Of a stretch of DNA of 64,000 nt, positions 51,029 through 61,820 are shown piece after piece (positions within the stretch are counted from its first letter, which is position 1; every line of letters begins with the position of its first letter). The stretch comes from Bacilli bacterium. GTDB lineage: Bacteria > Bacillota_I > Bacilli_A > ML615J-28 > CAG-698. Made by a program: the position numbers and the translations under genes. The DNA is taken from assembly GCA_050953065.1 (NCBI GenBank), contig JBMNLZ010000003.1:96001-160000 (forward strand). Direction: 5' to 3'. The notes under the pieces are model-generated. The model searched no databases. It was not told the origin of the DNA and was given only the letters and a program-made list of their open reading frames with translations.

Positions 51029-52152
51029 TACTTACTCCATACAACTCTATTTACATAATCAATATAAGAAGTTATAATTCTTAATACTTTATCAGAAACA
51101 TTTGGATAACTATAATCTCTTACTGGACACAATGTATCTTTTTCTTGAGTTTCTAAAATTTCTAAACCTTGTAAAATTCGGTCTTTTTTAAGACCTACCA
51201 TCATTACACTAGCTTCTTCCATCGCTTCAGGTCTTTCATGAGCTTCTCTAATATTTAAAGCTTTAAAACCTAAGATACTAGACTCCTCACTTATAGTACC
51301 ACTATCGCTTAAAACAGCTTTAGCATTAAGTTGAAGTTTATTATAATCATTAAAACCAAGTGGTTTTAATGTTTGAATTAAAGGATTAAATCTAACATTC
51401 TTAGCTTCAATCATTTTTCTAGTTCTAGGATGTGTACTTACAATAATCGGTAATTTATAAATTTCAGCTATTTCATTTAAACTTTCAATTAAATCAATGA
51501 AATTTTTAACTGCATTAATATTTTCTTCTCTGTGAGCTGATACTACGAAATACTTATTTGGTTTTAAATTAAGACGTGTTAAAACATCACTTGCTTCAAT
51601 ATCTTTAATTCTAGAATTTAAAACTTCAAACATCGGACTACCAGTTTTGATTACTCTATCAGCAGGTAAGCCTTCACGAAGTAAATACTCTCTTGCAATA
51701 TCACTATAAGTAAGGTTAATATCAGCAATATGATCTACTATTTTACGGTTAGTTTCTTCTGGTACTCTTTGGTCAAAGCATCTATTACCTGCTTCCATAT
51801 GAAAAATTGGAATTTTTCTTCTTTTAGCAGCAATTGCACATAAACAACTATTAGTATCACCTAAGACTAAAAATGCATCTGGTTTTTCTTTTTCTATAAT
51901 TGGATCTATTTTCACTAAAATATTTCCGATTGTTTCTACAGCTGTTGTTACTGCAGCATCAAGAAAATAATCGGGTTTTTTTAATTTAAAATCCTGAAAA
52001 AAGATTTCATTTAATTCATAATCATAGTTTTGACCTGTATGAACTAAAATATGTTCAACAGCATTTGAAGATTCTAACTTTTGGATCACACAAGAAAGCC
52101 TAATTATTTCTGGGCGTGTTCCAACTACAGTCATTATTTTTATTTTTTTCAC
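51028..52152 (-). CDS. fnlC: UDP-2-acetamido-2,6-dideoxy-L-talose 2-epimerase (FnlC/Cap5G)
   Basis: GTRPEIIRLS, HTGQNYD, HMEAGNRCFD, SDSGTISEE; GTG start at 52152 after GGAGGT (the ORF track extends to 52197). Confidence 0.9.
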   Translation of the reverse strand: MKKIKIMTVVGTRPEIIRLSCVIQKLESSNAVEHILVHTGQNYDYELNEIFFQDFKLKKPDYFLDAAVTTAVETIGNILVKIDPIIEKEKPDAFLVLGDTNSCLCAIAAKRRKIPIFHMEAGNRCFDQRVPEETNRKIVDHIADINLTYSDIAREYLLREGLPADRVIKTGSPMFEVLNSRIKDIEASDVLTRLNLKPNKYFVVSAHREENINAVKNFIDLIESLNEIAEIYKLPIIVSTHPRTRKMIEAKNVRFNPLIQTLKPLGFNDYNKLQLNAKAVLSDSGTISEESSILGFKALNIREAHERPEAMEEASVMMVGLKKDRILQGLEILETQEKDTLCPVRDYSYPNVSDKVLRIITSYIDYVNRVVWSK

Positions 52153-52156
52153 TTTC

Positions 52157-53266
52157 TTATACCTCCAAAAAATAAGTGTCTGGATTATTAGGGTCAAAAG
52201 CTTCGCTTGCCCACATGATAGTGACTAAATCAGTCTCACCTATATTTTCAATATTATGAGTATATCCTGGCATAATATTAACAACTTCTAAAATATCTCC
52301 ACTCACATAAACTTCAATTACTTCAGTAGAATGAACTTCTCTAAACCTAATCACACCTTTACCAAAAACTACTAAAAACTTTTCACATTTAGTATGATGC
52401 CAATGGTTTCCTTTTACAATTCCAGGTTTTGAAATATTTACTGAAACCTGACCTTTATCGTCTGTTTTTAAAAACTCAGTAAAAGAACCTCTATGATCAA
52501 CATTCATTTTTAAATTATAACTAAAGCTTTCAATTGGTATAAAACTTAAGTAAGTAGCATAAAGTTTTCTAACAAAATCATTTTTCATATCAGGAACAAA
52601 TAAATCAAACTTTTCAGCTTTAAAAGAATAAATTGTTTTAGTTAGTTCTTCTAAAGTAACTTTATAAGATGTCTTTACTTTACAAAATTCATTATCTTTT
52701 GTAGGATTCCCCTCTAATGCACTAATTAATTCTTTTACAACATCATCAATATAAACTAAATTAACTACTGCATTAGGATCACTTACCATAATCTCTAAGC
52801 CTCTTGAAATATTATAACAAAATGTCGCAACAGCACTATTGTAATTTGGTCTTGACCATTTTCCAAAAATATTTTGGAATCTATACACTAAAACTTCCAC
52901 CTTGTTTTCTCTACCATATTCAAATACTAAATCCTCACCTGCTTTTTTACTTTTTCCATAAGGATTATCAAGAGCAGCTTGGATTGATGAAGATATCATC
53001 AATGGGGCTTTATTATTATATTTTTTAAGTAAGTTAAGTAAAGTATTAGTAAATCCAAAATTACCTTCCATAAATTCGCTTTGTTCTTTTGGACGATTTA
53101 CTCCTGCAAGATGAAAAATAAAGCCAGCTTCTTTACACGCTTTTTCTAAATCTTCTATTTTAGAATCAATATCATATTCAAAAATATCTTCATATTTTCT
53201 AGCTCTTAATTCAGCAATTAAATTTTTACCGACAAAGCCTTTTGCTCCTGTTACTAAAATCTTCAT
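52157..53266 (-). CDS. fnlB: FnlB/Cap5F reductase-epimerase (SDR plus cupin)
   Basis: TGAKGFVG, HLAGVNRP, PNYNSAVATFC, DHRGSFTE, GNHWHHTK. Confidence 0.92.
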   Translation of the reverse strand: MKILVTGAKGFVGKNLIAELRARKYEDIFEYDIDSKIEDLEKACKEAGFIFHLAGVNRPKEQSEFMEGNFGFTNTLLNLLKKYNNKAPLMISSSIQAALDNPYGKSKKAGEDLVFEYGRENKVEVLVYRFQNIFGKWSRPNYNSAVATFCYNISRGLEIMVSDPNAVVNLVYIDDVVKELISALEGNPTKDNEFCKVKTSYKVTLEELTKTIYSFKAEKFDLFVPDMKNDFVRKLYATYLSFIPIESFSYNLKMNVDHRGSFTEFLKTDDKGQVSVNISKPGIVKGNHWHHTKCEKFLVVFGKGVIRFREVHSTEVIEVYVSGDILEVVNIMPGYTHNIENIGETDLVTIMWASEAFDPNNPDTYFLEV

Positions 53267-54273
53267 TCTTTTTTTCCTAATTCTTCTTTTATATAATCTA
53301 ATTTCAATAATTTTTCTTTTATTTCTTCAATATTTAATATCTTTGTATTATGCGAATTATATTCATCCCCCTCAGATAACTCGCTACATCCTTCAACAAA
53401 ATATTTATCATAGTTTAAATCTCTTTTATCAGCTGGTACTCTATAGTAATCTCCTAAATCAAGGGCTACAACTTTTTCTTCTTTAGTAAGCAGTGTTTCA
53501 TAAAGTTTTTCACCATGTCTTGTACCAATGATTTTTATCTTAGAGTTAGAATTAAACAATTCCTTAACAGCTTGTGCTAAATCACCAATTGTTGAAGCTG
53601 GTGATTTTTGAACCATAATATCACCTGCTTGAGCATTTTTAAAAGCAAAAATAACCAATTCTACTGCTTCATCTAAACTCATAAGAAATCTTGTCATATT
53701 GGGGTTTGTTACTGTTAAAGGGGCTTTATTTCTAATTTGGTCAACAAATAAAGGAATTACAGAACCGCGTGAAGCCATAACGTTACCATATCTTGTTCCA
53801 CAAATTACAGTATCAGTCACTGTTTTTGATTTAGCAACAAAAACTTTTTCCATCATTGCTTTTGAAATTCCCATTGCATTAATCGGATAAGCTGCTTTAT
53901 CAGTAGACAAACAGATAACTTTCTTAACTTTAGCATCAATTGCTGCTGTTAAAACATTATCAGTTCCTATTACATTAGTTTTTACAGCTTCTAGTGGAAA
54001 AAACTCGCAAGATGGTACCTGTTTTAAAGCTGCAGCATGAAAAACATAATCAACATTATACATTGCATTTTTAATACTTGAAAGATCTCTAACATCACCT
54101 ATATAGAATTTAAGTTTATCTGATTTATAAAACTTTCTCATATCATCTTGTTTTTTCTCATCACGAGAAAAAATCCTAATCTCTTTGATATCAGTATTTA
54201 AAAATCTTTTCATGACTGCATTTCCAAAAGAACCAGTTCCACCTGTAATTAATAATATCTTATCTTTAAACAT
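53263..54273 (-). CDS. fnlA: UDP-GlcNAc 4,6-dehydratase/5-epimerase (FnlA/Cap5E)
   Basis: TGGTGSFG, SRDEKKQDDMR, AALKQVPSCEF, STDKA, RYGNVMASRGSV. Confidence 0.94.
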   Translation of the reverse strand: MFKDKILLITGGTGSFGNAVMKRFLNTDIKEIRIFSRDEKKQDDMRKFYKSDKLKFYIGDVRDLSSIKNAMYNVDYVFHAAALKQVPSCEFFPLEAVKTNVIGTDNVLTAAIDAKVKKVICLSTDKAAYPINAMGISKAMMEKVFVAKSKTVTDTVICGTRYGNVMASRGSVIPLFVDQIRNKAPLTVTNPNMTRFLMSLDEAVELVIFAFKNAQAGDIMVQKSPASTIGDLAQAVKELFNSNSKIKIIGTRHGEKLYETLLTKEEKVVALDLGDYYRVPADKRDLNYDKYFVEGCSELSEGDEYNSHNTKILNIEEIKEKLLKLDYIKEELGKKE

Positions 54274-54306
54274 ATCTGTCTTCCTTTCAATTTAACCAAG
54301 ATTGTT

Positions 54307-55611
54307 TTATTCTTCATCAATTTTTTTTATTCTTTGTTTTGCAACAATTGCGACCTTTTCTTTTACTTCAGGTTTTCCTAAAGTCCCTTTTTCTAAGCCA
54401 TCAAATATCTTATCCATTCTATCTAATAATTTAATTTTATCAAATTTTTCTTTTCCGTAATTTAAAGCATTATTCTTTATAACCACTCTTTGGGCAGGGT
54501 ATAATTGGACAAATTCTTCAATTGCATCAGCTAATTCTAAAACATTCCCTGGAGCCCCACAAAAACCAATTTGGCCTTCATCAATAATCTTTTTAACTTC
54601 ACCCTTAGCACTAGCAATAACAGGTAATCCACAGGCAAGATATGATTGAAGTTTTGCAGGAATTGTTTTTTCTAAAATCGGACTATCATTAAAAGTAATT
54701 AATCCAGCATCACAATATGCAAAATAATATGGGATTTCAGTTGCTGGTATTGGATCGATAAAGTTAAAGTATGGTTCTACGATAAAATCTTGAACCTTTT
54801 TAACTAAGTTTGCTTTTTCTTTACCATCTCCAATTATATTAAATCTTACTTTAATTCTTCTTCTTTCTAATTCAATCGCACAACGTGGTAAAACCTCTAA
54901 CCCTTGAGCCTTACCAATATTTCCAGCAAACACAAGATTTACTCTTGAGTCTTGAGGAATAACAGTAATTGCTTTAGCAGATTTTTCTAAAGGTTTATAA
55001 AACTCCTCAGCATATTGTGGCCAAAACTCTAACTTAATTTCAGGAACTTTAAACTTCTTAATTATTGAATCAATAAAAGATTTCGAAGAAGTTAAAATAT
55101 AATCAGTATTTTTATAAATCTTTTTAACAGTTCTTGTAACACTTCTAATAATACATTTATTATTAATATTTCCAGCCGCAATTAAATTATCTGGCCATAA
55201 ATCCATTACATATAAAACGCTTGGAATCTTTCTTCTTTTGGCATACCAAATACCAATTTTAGCTTGATAGATTGGTGAAACTTCATAAGTAAAAACATAA
55301 TCTGCTTTTAATTTAGTAAACTTAGCAAAAAACCAGCCGAAGAAAACAAAAGATTTATAGTTTAAATATAAACTAAAGGGATTTTTTCTTCTTGCAAAAA
55401 GAGGAATTCTAATAACATTAACTCCGTTAATGTTTTCTTTTCTTTTTCTAAACCAGCCATATCCTTTATAAAATTTCCCTTCAGGATAATTTGGAATTCC
55501 AGTAACAACAGTTACTTTATATCCCTTTTTTACCCACTCCTCACAAATATCATTAATTCTAAATTGTTCAGGATAATAATATTGTGAAACAACTAAAATA
55601 TGTTTACTCAT
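54307..55611 (-). CDS. Glycosyltransferase family 4 (WbuB/Cap5L-like L-FucNAc transferase)
   Basis: SQYYYPE, PNYPEG, DLWPD, FAGNIGKAQ, PAKLQSYLACG; next to fnlABC. Confidence 0.85.
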   Translation of the reverse strand: MSKHILVVSQYYYPEQFRINDICEEWVKKGYKVTVVTGIPNYPEGKFYKGYGWFRKRKENINGVNVIRIPLFARRKNPFSLYLNYKSFVFFGWFFAKFTKLKADYVFTYEVSPIYQAKIGIWYAKRRKIPSVLYVMDLWPDNLIAAGNINNKCIIRSVTRTVKKIYKNTDYILTSSKSFIDSIIKKFKVPEIKLEFWPQYAEEFYKPLEKSAKAITVIPQDSRVNLVFAGNIGKAQGLEVLPRCAIELERRRIKVRFNIIGDGKEKANLVKKVQDFIVEPYFNFIDPIPATEIPYYFAYCDAGLITFNDSPILEKTIPAKLQSYLACGLPVIASAKGEVKKIIDEGQIGFCGAPGNVLELADAIEEFVQLYPAQRVVIKNNALNYGKEKFDKIKLLDRMDKIFDGLEKGTLGKPEVKEKVAIVAKQRIKKIDEE

Positions 55612-55623
55612 GATTTTTCCCCC

Positions 55624-56484
55624 TTAAAGTGATTTTTTAATTGAATCTTCAAAGCTAATTACATTGTATTTAAAATCAAAATGATTCGAAACATTTAAAT
55701 CATATGTCTTATTTCCAAAAACTTGATTTATTATAGGTAAGATATAAGAACCTATTACTAACATCCAATTAAAGATTTTTGTTTCTCTATATTTTTTATC
55801 GTTTTCTTTTCTAACAAGTCTTACTAAATCTTTAATAGCAACATAATTCTTATTTTGCGGATAAAAAACTCCACTAGATTCATTATCAATTAATAGTTTT
55901 ACAAACTCACATAAATTATCAATATGAATCATACTTTTTTGATTTTTAATATTCAAGAAAAAAGGAAACTTTAAAGCAAATTTTACCAATCTTGGGAAAT
56001 TCCCCTTACACCCCTTACCATAAACTACAGGAGTTCTAATAATATTTACTTTGAAATTATCACTTTCTAATTTTTGAATTTCAAGATCAGCTTCTAATTT
56101 TGACTTCCCATATGCATTAAGTGGAGCATATTTTTCTACATCAATATGATTGTATTTTCTAACTTTATTATCTTTTCCATAAATTATCATACTACTCATA
56201 AAAATGAATTGCTTGACATTTTCATCCTTAGCTTTTTTAGCAACCTCAATTGCTAAATCTCTATTCACCTTAAAATATAACGGTGCCATCTTTTTTTTGC
56301 TTGAAACATGAGCAATTCCTGCAACATGATAAACTACATCATAGCCAGAAAAACTATAATTTTTCCATGTTTCATCCATCATATCTAAAGTATTGATTAT
56401 ATATTTATCTTCATTTTTTTTAAGCCATGATTCCACATGAGTACCAATAAAACTCCCCTTACCCGTGATTAATATTTTCTTCAT
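55624..56484 (-). CDS. NAD-dependent sugar epimerase/reductase (Cap5N-like)
   Basis: TGKGSFIG, HVAGIAH, YGKSKLEA, VYGKGCKGNF. Confidence 0.82.
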   Translation of the reverse strand: MKKILITGKGSFIGTHVESWLKKNEDKYIINTLDMMDETWKNYSFSGYDVVYHVAGIAHVSSKKKMAPLYFKVNRDLAIEVAKKAKDENVKQFIFMSSMIIYGKDNKVRKYNHIDVEKYAPLNAYGKSKLEADLEIQKLESDNFKVNIIRTPVVYGKGCKGNFPRLVKFALKFPFFLNIKNQKSMIHIDNLCEFVKLLIDNESSGVFYPQNKNYVAIKDLVRLVRKENDKKYRETKIFNWMLVIGSYILPIINQVFGNKTYDLNVSNHFDFKYNVISFEDSIKKSL

Positions 56485-56485
56485 G

Positions 56486-57079
56486 CTATTTTCCCTCTTT
56501 TACTCCATCACTTTTTAAAACACTAAAAATAGTTTTAAAAAATATTTTTATATCAAAGAAAAGACTTTGACGCCTAACATACTCACCATCTAAAGCCGCT
56601 TTTTCTGGAATTGGCAATTCATCACGACCATTTATTTGAGCCCAACCAGTTAAACCTGGTCTTAAGCTATTAACACCATATTTATCTCGTTCTTCAACTA
56701 AATCATCTTGATTCCAAAGAGCAGGACGTGGTCCTACTATACTCATCTTTCCAAACAAGATATTAAAAATTTGAGGAAGTTCATCAAGCGATGTTTTTCT
56801 TAAAAATTTTCCAATTTTAGTAATATATTGTTCAGGATTTTCTAACATATGAGTTGGCGTATCGTGTGGTGTGTCAATTCTCATAGTTCTAAATTTATAT
56901 ATTTTAAAAATCTTTTTATTTTTTCCAATTCGTTTTTGTTTAAAAAGAATTGGCCCCCTTGATGTTAGTTTAATAATTAACCCCAAAATTATAAAAACTG
57001 GTAATAAAATTATAAGTCCAATTAAAGATATAAAAAAATCTAAAACATATTTTATAAATCTATACATTTTCCCCTTCAC
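56486..57079 (-). CDS. Priming phosphoglycosyl transferase (Bac_transf family)
   Basis: KFRTM, LRKTSLDELPQ, MSIVGPRP, PGLTGWAQINGRD. Confidence 0.93.
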   Translation of the reverse strand: MKGKMYRFIKYVLDFFISLIGLIILLPVFIILGLIIKLTSRGPILFKQKRIGKNKKIFKIYKFRTMRIDTPHDTPTHMLENPEQYITKIGKFLRKTSLDELPQIFNILFGKMSIVGPRPALWNQDDLVEERDKYGVNSLRPGLTGWAQINGRDELPIPEKAALDGEYVRRQSLFFDIKIFFKTIFSVLKSDGVKEGK

Positions 57080-57088
57080 CCTATCTTT

Positions 57089-57709
57089 TTATTCAAAAAA
57101 TTTTACTATTTTTTCAGAATTATAACCAATCCCTTTTAAAGAATTGATTATTTTTTCACGATGAACATAACTTGAAACAACAATTGCATCATGATTATAC
57201 TTTTTTAGTTCATCTTTACTAATGATTGGAACATTAACCATAACCCTACCTTGTTTTTCCTTGTCATCATCAATAACACCAACAACTTTTAAAGGCACGT
57301 TATTATCACTAACAATTACTTGAAGCATAATCTCAGCTACTTCTCCTGCTCCGTAAAATAAGACTTTAGTAATTCCTTTTTCTATAATTTGGTTTAAAAA
57401 GTTCGTTACATCTTCTTTTGCTTTTTTAAAAATATTTAAAGTATCTTTTAAAAACCAAATATTTAAAAGACGTTTTCTTTCAACACCTTTTTTGGTTAAA
57501 ACATAATTAACATTTTTTAAATTGTAATATTCCCTTATAACAAAACCATACTTTTCACATTCTTCTAAGTATTGATTTACCATTGATACAGAAATATCTA
57601 AGTCCTCACTAATCATTCTTTGAGTGATTGACTCGTTTTGTGAAATCATTTCTAGAATCCTGTATTCTTTATAGATTGGTGTTGGTTTAAAAAAGTTAAT
57701 TTCTGCCAT
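57089..57709 (-). CDS. EPS-associated winged-helix (MarR-like) regulator with C-terminal Rossmann-like domain
   Basis: ITQRMISEDLDISVSMVNQYL HTH, Y.LTKKG wing; YGAGEVA, GVIDDD; first gene of the polysaccharide operon. Confidence 0.8.
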   Translation of the reverse strand: MAEINFFKPTPIYKEYRILEMISQNESITQRMISEDLDISVSMVNQYLEECEKYGFVIREYYNLKNVNYVLTKKGVERKRLLNIWFLKDTLNIFKKAKEDVTNFLNQIIEKGITKVLFYGAGEVAEIMLQVIVSDNNVPLKVVGVIDDDKEKQGRVMVNVPIISKDELKKYNHDAIVVSSYVHREKIINSLKGIGYNSEKIVKFFE

Positions 57710-57719
57710 TTTTACTCCT

Positions 57720-57742
57720 AATTGTTCGATAACCGAACAATT
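57720..57742. promoter_or_regulatory. Palindromic operator candidate AATTGTTCG-N5-CGAACAATT
   Basis: Perfect 9-bp IR between a putative promoter (TTGCTT-17-AATAAT, 57745-57773) and the AGGAG SD of the regulator. Confidence 0.6.
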
Positions 57743-57770
57743 ATATTATTGCATAATATATAAAAAAAAG

Positions 57771-57799
57771 CAAGCATAAAAATGTAATTTTTATGCTTG
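57771..57799 (-). terminator. Terminator after the AAA_14/DUF4143 gene
   Basis: IR CAAGCATAAAAA/TTTTTATGCTTG followed by a U-rich run on the minus strand. Confidence 0.65.
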
Positions 57800-57871
57800 T
57801 ATTAAGTAACTTCAAAACTATATTAATTCGGTTTAAAAAATAATAACATTAACAGTATTTATCTTTTTTCT

Positions 57872-59161
57872 TTAGTATTTCAAACATCCAATTGGTATAA
57901 CAAAAACACCATCAGGTCTTGCATAGCCGTATTTCCCACCAGTTAATATAATCTTTAAATCTGGTAATCTTAACGATGACTCTTTTCTTTTTTTATTATG
58001 TTCTATAATTAGTTTTTCCAATTCTAATAAATGAGATGCTGCTTTTTCAATTTCATGTGAACCTAATTTACATTCAATTAACGCATATCTACCATCATTT
58101 AAATGTAAAACAACATCAGTTTCAAGACCATATCTATCATGATAATAAGATAATTCACCATGCATATGACTTGAATAAACACGCAAATCTCTTATGCATA
58201 GTGTTTCAAAAATAAAGCCAAATGTTTTTAAATCCAATTTAAAATAATCTGATGAAACACCCAAAGCAGCAACTGCTATAGAAGGATCAATAAATTCCCT
58301 TTTTTTACCACTTCTTATAGCAGTAGCAGATCTTATGGCAGGACTCCAAGCATTTAAATCTTCCACTATATGAAGTCTTTCCAAAATATCTAAATAATCA
58401 TTTAAAGTATTTATACTAAGCGAATTTGTTATATTAACATCTTCTAAAATGTTTTTTGTTTTTACAAGTGTTGAGATATTTCTTGCATAAGACCTTAAAA
58501 TATCTCTCATTAAAATACTATTCCTTTTTACCTCATCCACACAATACATATCTTTTTCATAAATTTGTTGGAAATAGTCTCTAGCAACCTCTAATTTAGC
58601 CATATCAGTTTTTTTTCTTAAACTACCAGGCCAGCCACCTCTGCAAGCTGAAAAAATTAAATCTTCAATTGTAAGCTCTGATATTGCGCCATTTTCAAGT
58701 TTATTTTTATTATCAAATAAATCTAACAAAGAAACTTGCCCATTAGACTCTAAAGATTCATATAAACTCATTGGATACATTTTCATAGTACTTATTCTAC
58801 CAGTTCCTGTATGTTGAGTTTTAACCTTTTTAGAAGTAGATCCAGTTAAAACAAACAAACCTTCTTCCCTTCTTTCATCAACTGCATTTCTAACAGCATC
58901 CCATATTTCAGGAGCATCTTGCCACTCATCTATAAGCCTTGGGTTTTCACCTATTAATAAAAAAGCAGGATTAATCTTAGCAGTTTCTATTAGTTCATCT
59001 TTATTTGGATCTTTTTGTAATCTTATTGCACTTTTACATACTTGCTCAGCCGTAGTAGTTTTACCACACCATTTTGGGCCAATTATATTTACAGCTCCAA
59101 AAGCATCTAACTTAAATTTCAAAATATCATCAGCAACTCTCTTTAAATATTCTTTATTCAT
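57872..59161 (-). CDS. AAA_14 ATPase with DUF4143 domain
   Basis: GPKWCGKTT, LIDEWQ, LTGS, HTGTGRI, GGWP, DPSIA, GFIFET, Y.DRYGLETD...LIECKLG. Confidence 0.88.
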   Translation of the reverse strand: MNKEYLKRVADDILKFKLDAFGAVNIIGPKWCGKTTTAEQVCKSAIRLQKDPNKDELIETAKINPAFLLIGENPRLIDEWQDAPEIWDAVRNAVDERREEGLFVLTGSTSKKVKTQHTGTGRISTMKMYPMSLYESLESNGQVSLLDLFDNKNKLENGAISELTIEDLIFSACRGGWPGSLRKKTDMAKLEVARDYFQQIYEKDMYCVDEVKRNSILMRDILRSYARNISTLVKTKNILEDVNITNSLSINTLNDYLDILERLHIVEDLNAWSPAIRSATAIRSGKKREFIDPSIAVAALGVSSDYFKLDLKTFGFIFETLCIRDLRVYSSHMHGELSYYHDRYGLETDVVLHLNDGRYALIECKLGSHEIEKAASHLLELEKLIIEHNKKRKESSLRLPDLKIILTGGKYGYARPDGVFVIPIGCLKY

Positions 59162-59181
59162 ATCTCGTACCTCTTAATAAT

Positions 59182-59210
59182 ATTATATACTTAAATTAAT
59201 AAAAAAGCAA
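59182..59210 (-). promoter_or_regulatory. Promoter TTGCTT-17-TATAAT for the DUF4143 ATPase
   Basis: Consensus -10 and exact 17-nt spacing, ~20 nt upstream of the ATG. Confidence 0.65.
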
Positions 59211-59214
59211 TAGT

Positions 59215-59283
59215 ATTGATACTTTTTGCGGCATTTCATTGACATTTTTTGTGGCATTTCATTTATACTTTTTGTGGTAAATC
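59215..59283. repeat. Three tandem imperfect 23-bp direct repeats
   Basis: ATTGATACTTTTTGCGGCATTTC / ATTGACATTTTTTGTGGCATTTC / ATTTATACTTTTTGTGGTAAATC. Confidence 0.9.
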
Positions 59284-59290
59284 ACAAATA

Positions 59291-59318
59291 AAAAAAGCCA
59301 AAGTTTCCTTTGACCTTC
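59291..59318 (-). terminator. groEL terminator
   Basis: Minus strand GGTCAAAG-GAAA-CTTTGGCT followed by a T-tract. Confidence 0.7.
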
Positions 59319-59330
59319 TATTACTAATTT

Positions 59331-60947
<1,617 letters not shown>

Positions 60948-60956
60948 TTAACTCCC

Positions 60957-61241
60957 TTACTCTATAATTGCTAGAATATCTTTTTCAGAAACAATTAGAT
61001 ATTCTTTATCTTTAAATTTGAATTCAGTTGTTGCATACTTTTTATAAACAACACGATCATTAATCTTAACTTTTACTGGCTGTAAGATGCCTTTATCATC
61101 CACTAAGCCTTCACCAACTGCTACAACCTTACCAATACTAGGTGTTTCTTTTGTAGCATCACTTAAAATAATTCCACTCGCAGTTTTTTTCTCAACTTCT
61201 GCTTTTTCTAAAATCACATTGTTGTGTAACGGTTTCAACAT
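60957..61241 (-). CDS. groES: Co-chaperonin GroES
   Basis: MLKPLHNNV, KTASGIIL, VVAVGEG, EKDILA. Confidence 0.98.
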   Translation of the reverse strand: MLKPLHNNVILEKAEVEKKTASGIILSDATKETPSIGKVVAVGEGLVDDKGILQPVKVKINDRVVYKKYATTEFKFKDKEYLIVSEKDILAIIE

Positions 61242-61261
61242 CTTAAATTAAATCCTCCATT

Positions 61262-61687
61262 TTACTTAATTTCAATTTCTTTTTTTGTTTCTTTTTTTAG
61301 ACTAACCTTTGGAATAACAATCTTTAAAGTTCCATTAACATACTCTGCCTTAATATCCTTTTCAGTAACATCTCCAACATAAAACGATCTAGAAGCCTCA
61401 CCATAATTACGCTCTCTTCTAATGTATGTTTCGCCTTCTTTTTCTTCTTTCGTTTCTTCTTTAGAAGCTCTAATAGTTAGATATCCATTATCTAAACTTA
61501 AACTAATGTCTTTTTTATCATATCCTGGAATATCAATATCCATTAGATAATTTTCTTCTGTCTCCTTAACATCAGTCTTCATTAGATTAGCAATATCTCC
61601 TCTTCTTACTGGTAAATTAAAGAACCCATCAAAAAAGTCATCATTAAAGAAACTTGAAATTTGATTTCTTCTTGGTAATAATTTCAT
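61262..61687 (-). CDS. Small heat shock protein (Hsp20/alpha-crystallin)
   Basis: MKTDVKE, DIPGYDKKDI, RRERNYG..SRSF, AEYVNGTLKIVIPK. Confidence 0.95.
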   Translation of the reverse strand: MKLLPRRNQISSFFNDDFFDGFFNLPVRRGDIANLMKTDVKETEENYLMDIDIPGYDKKDISLSLDNGYLTIRASKEETKEEKEGETYIRRERNYGEASRSFYVGDVTEKDIKAEYVNGTLKIVIPKVSLKKETKKEIEIK

Positions 61688-61713
61688 AATATTCCTCCTT
61701 TATATTTTTATTA

Positions 61714-61740
61714 TTAGCACTCTAACACCACGAGTGCTAA
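61714..61740. promoter_or_regulatory. CIRCE element (HrcA operator)
   Basis: Perfect consensus TTAGCACTC-N9-GAGTGCTAA. Confidence 0.97.
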
Positions 61741-61744
61741 TTCT

Positions 61745-61772
61745 ATTATACTCTATTTTTAGAATTTGTCAA
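61745..61772 (-). promoter_or_regulatory. Sigma-A promoter TTGACA-16-TATAAT for hsp20-groES-groEL
   Basis: Consensus hexamers immediately upstream of CIRCE. Confidence 0.8.
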
Positions 61773-61820
61773 GGGTTTAACACAAAATTTTTCATTTTTT
61801 TAAATTTATTACATAAAAAT

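Noticed and set aside
57720-57742. LexA SOS box
   Set aside because: Half-sites are in the opposite orientation (GTTCG-N5-CGAAC) to the Firmicutes CGAAC-N4-GTTCG box.
59215-59283. Possible mini-CRISPR array
   Set aside because: Repeats are directly adjacent with no spacers, and there are no cas genes.
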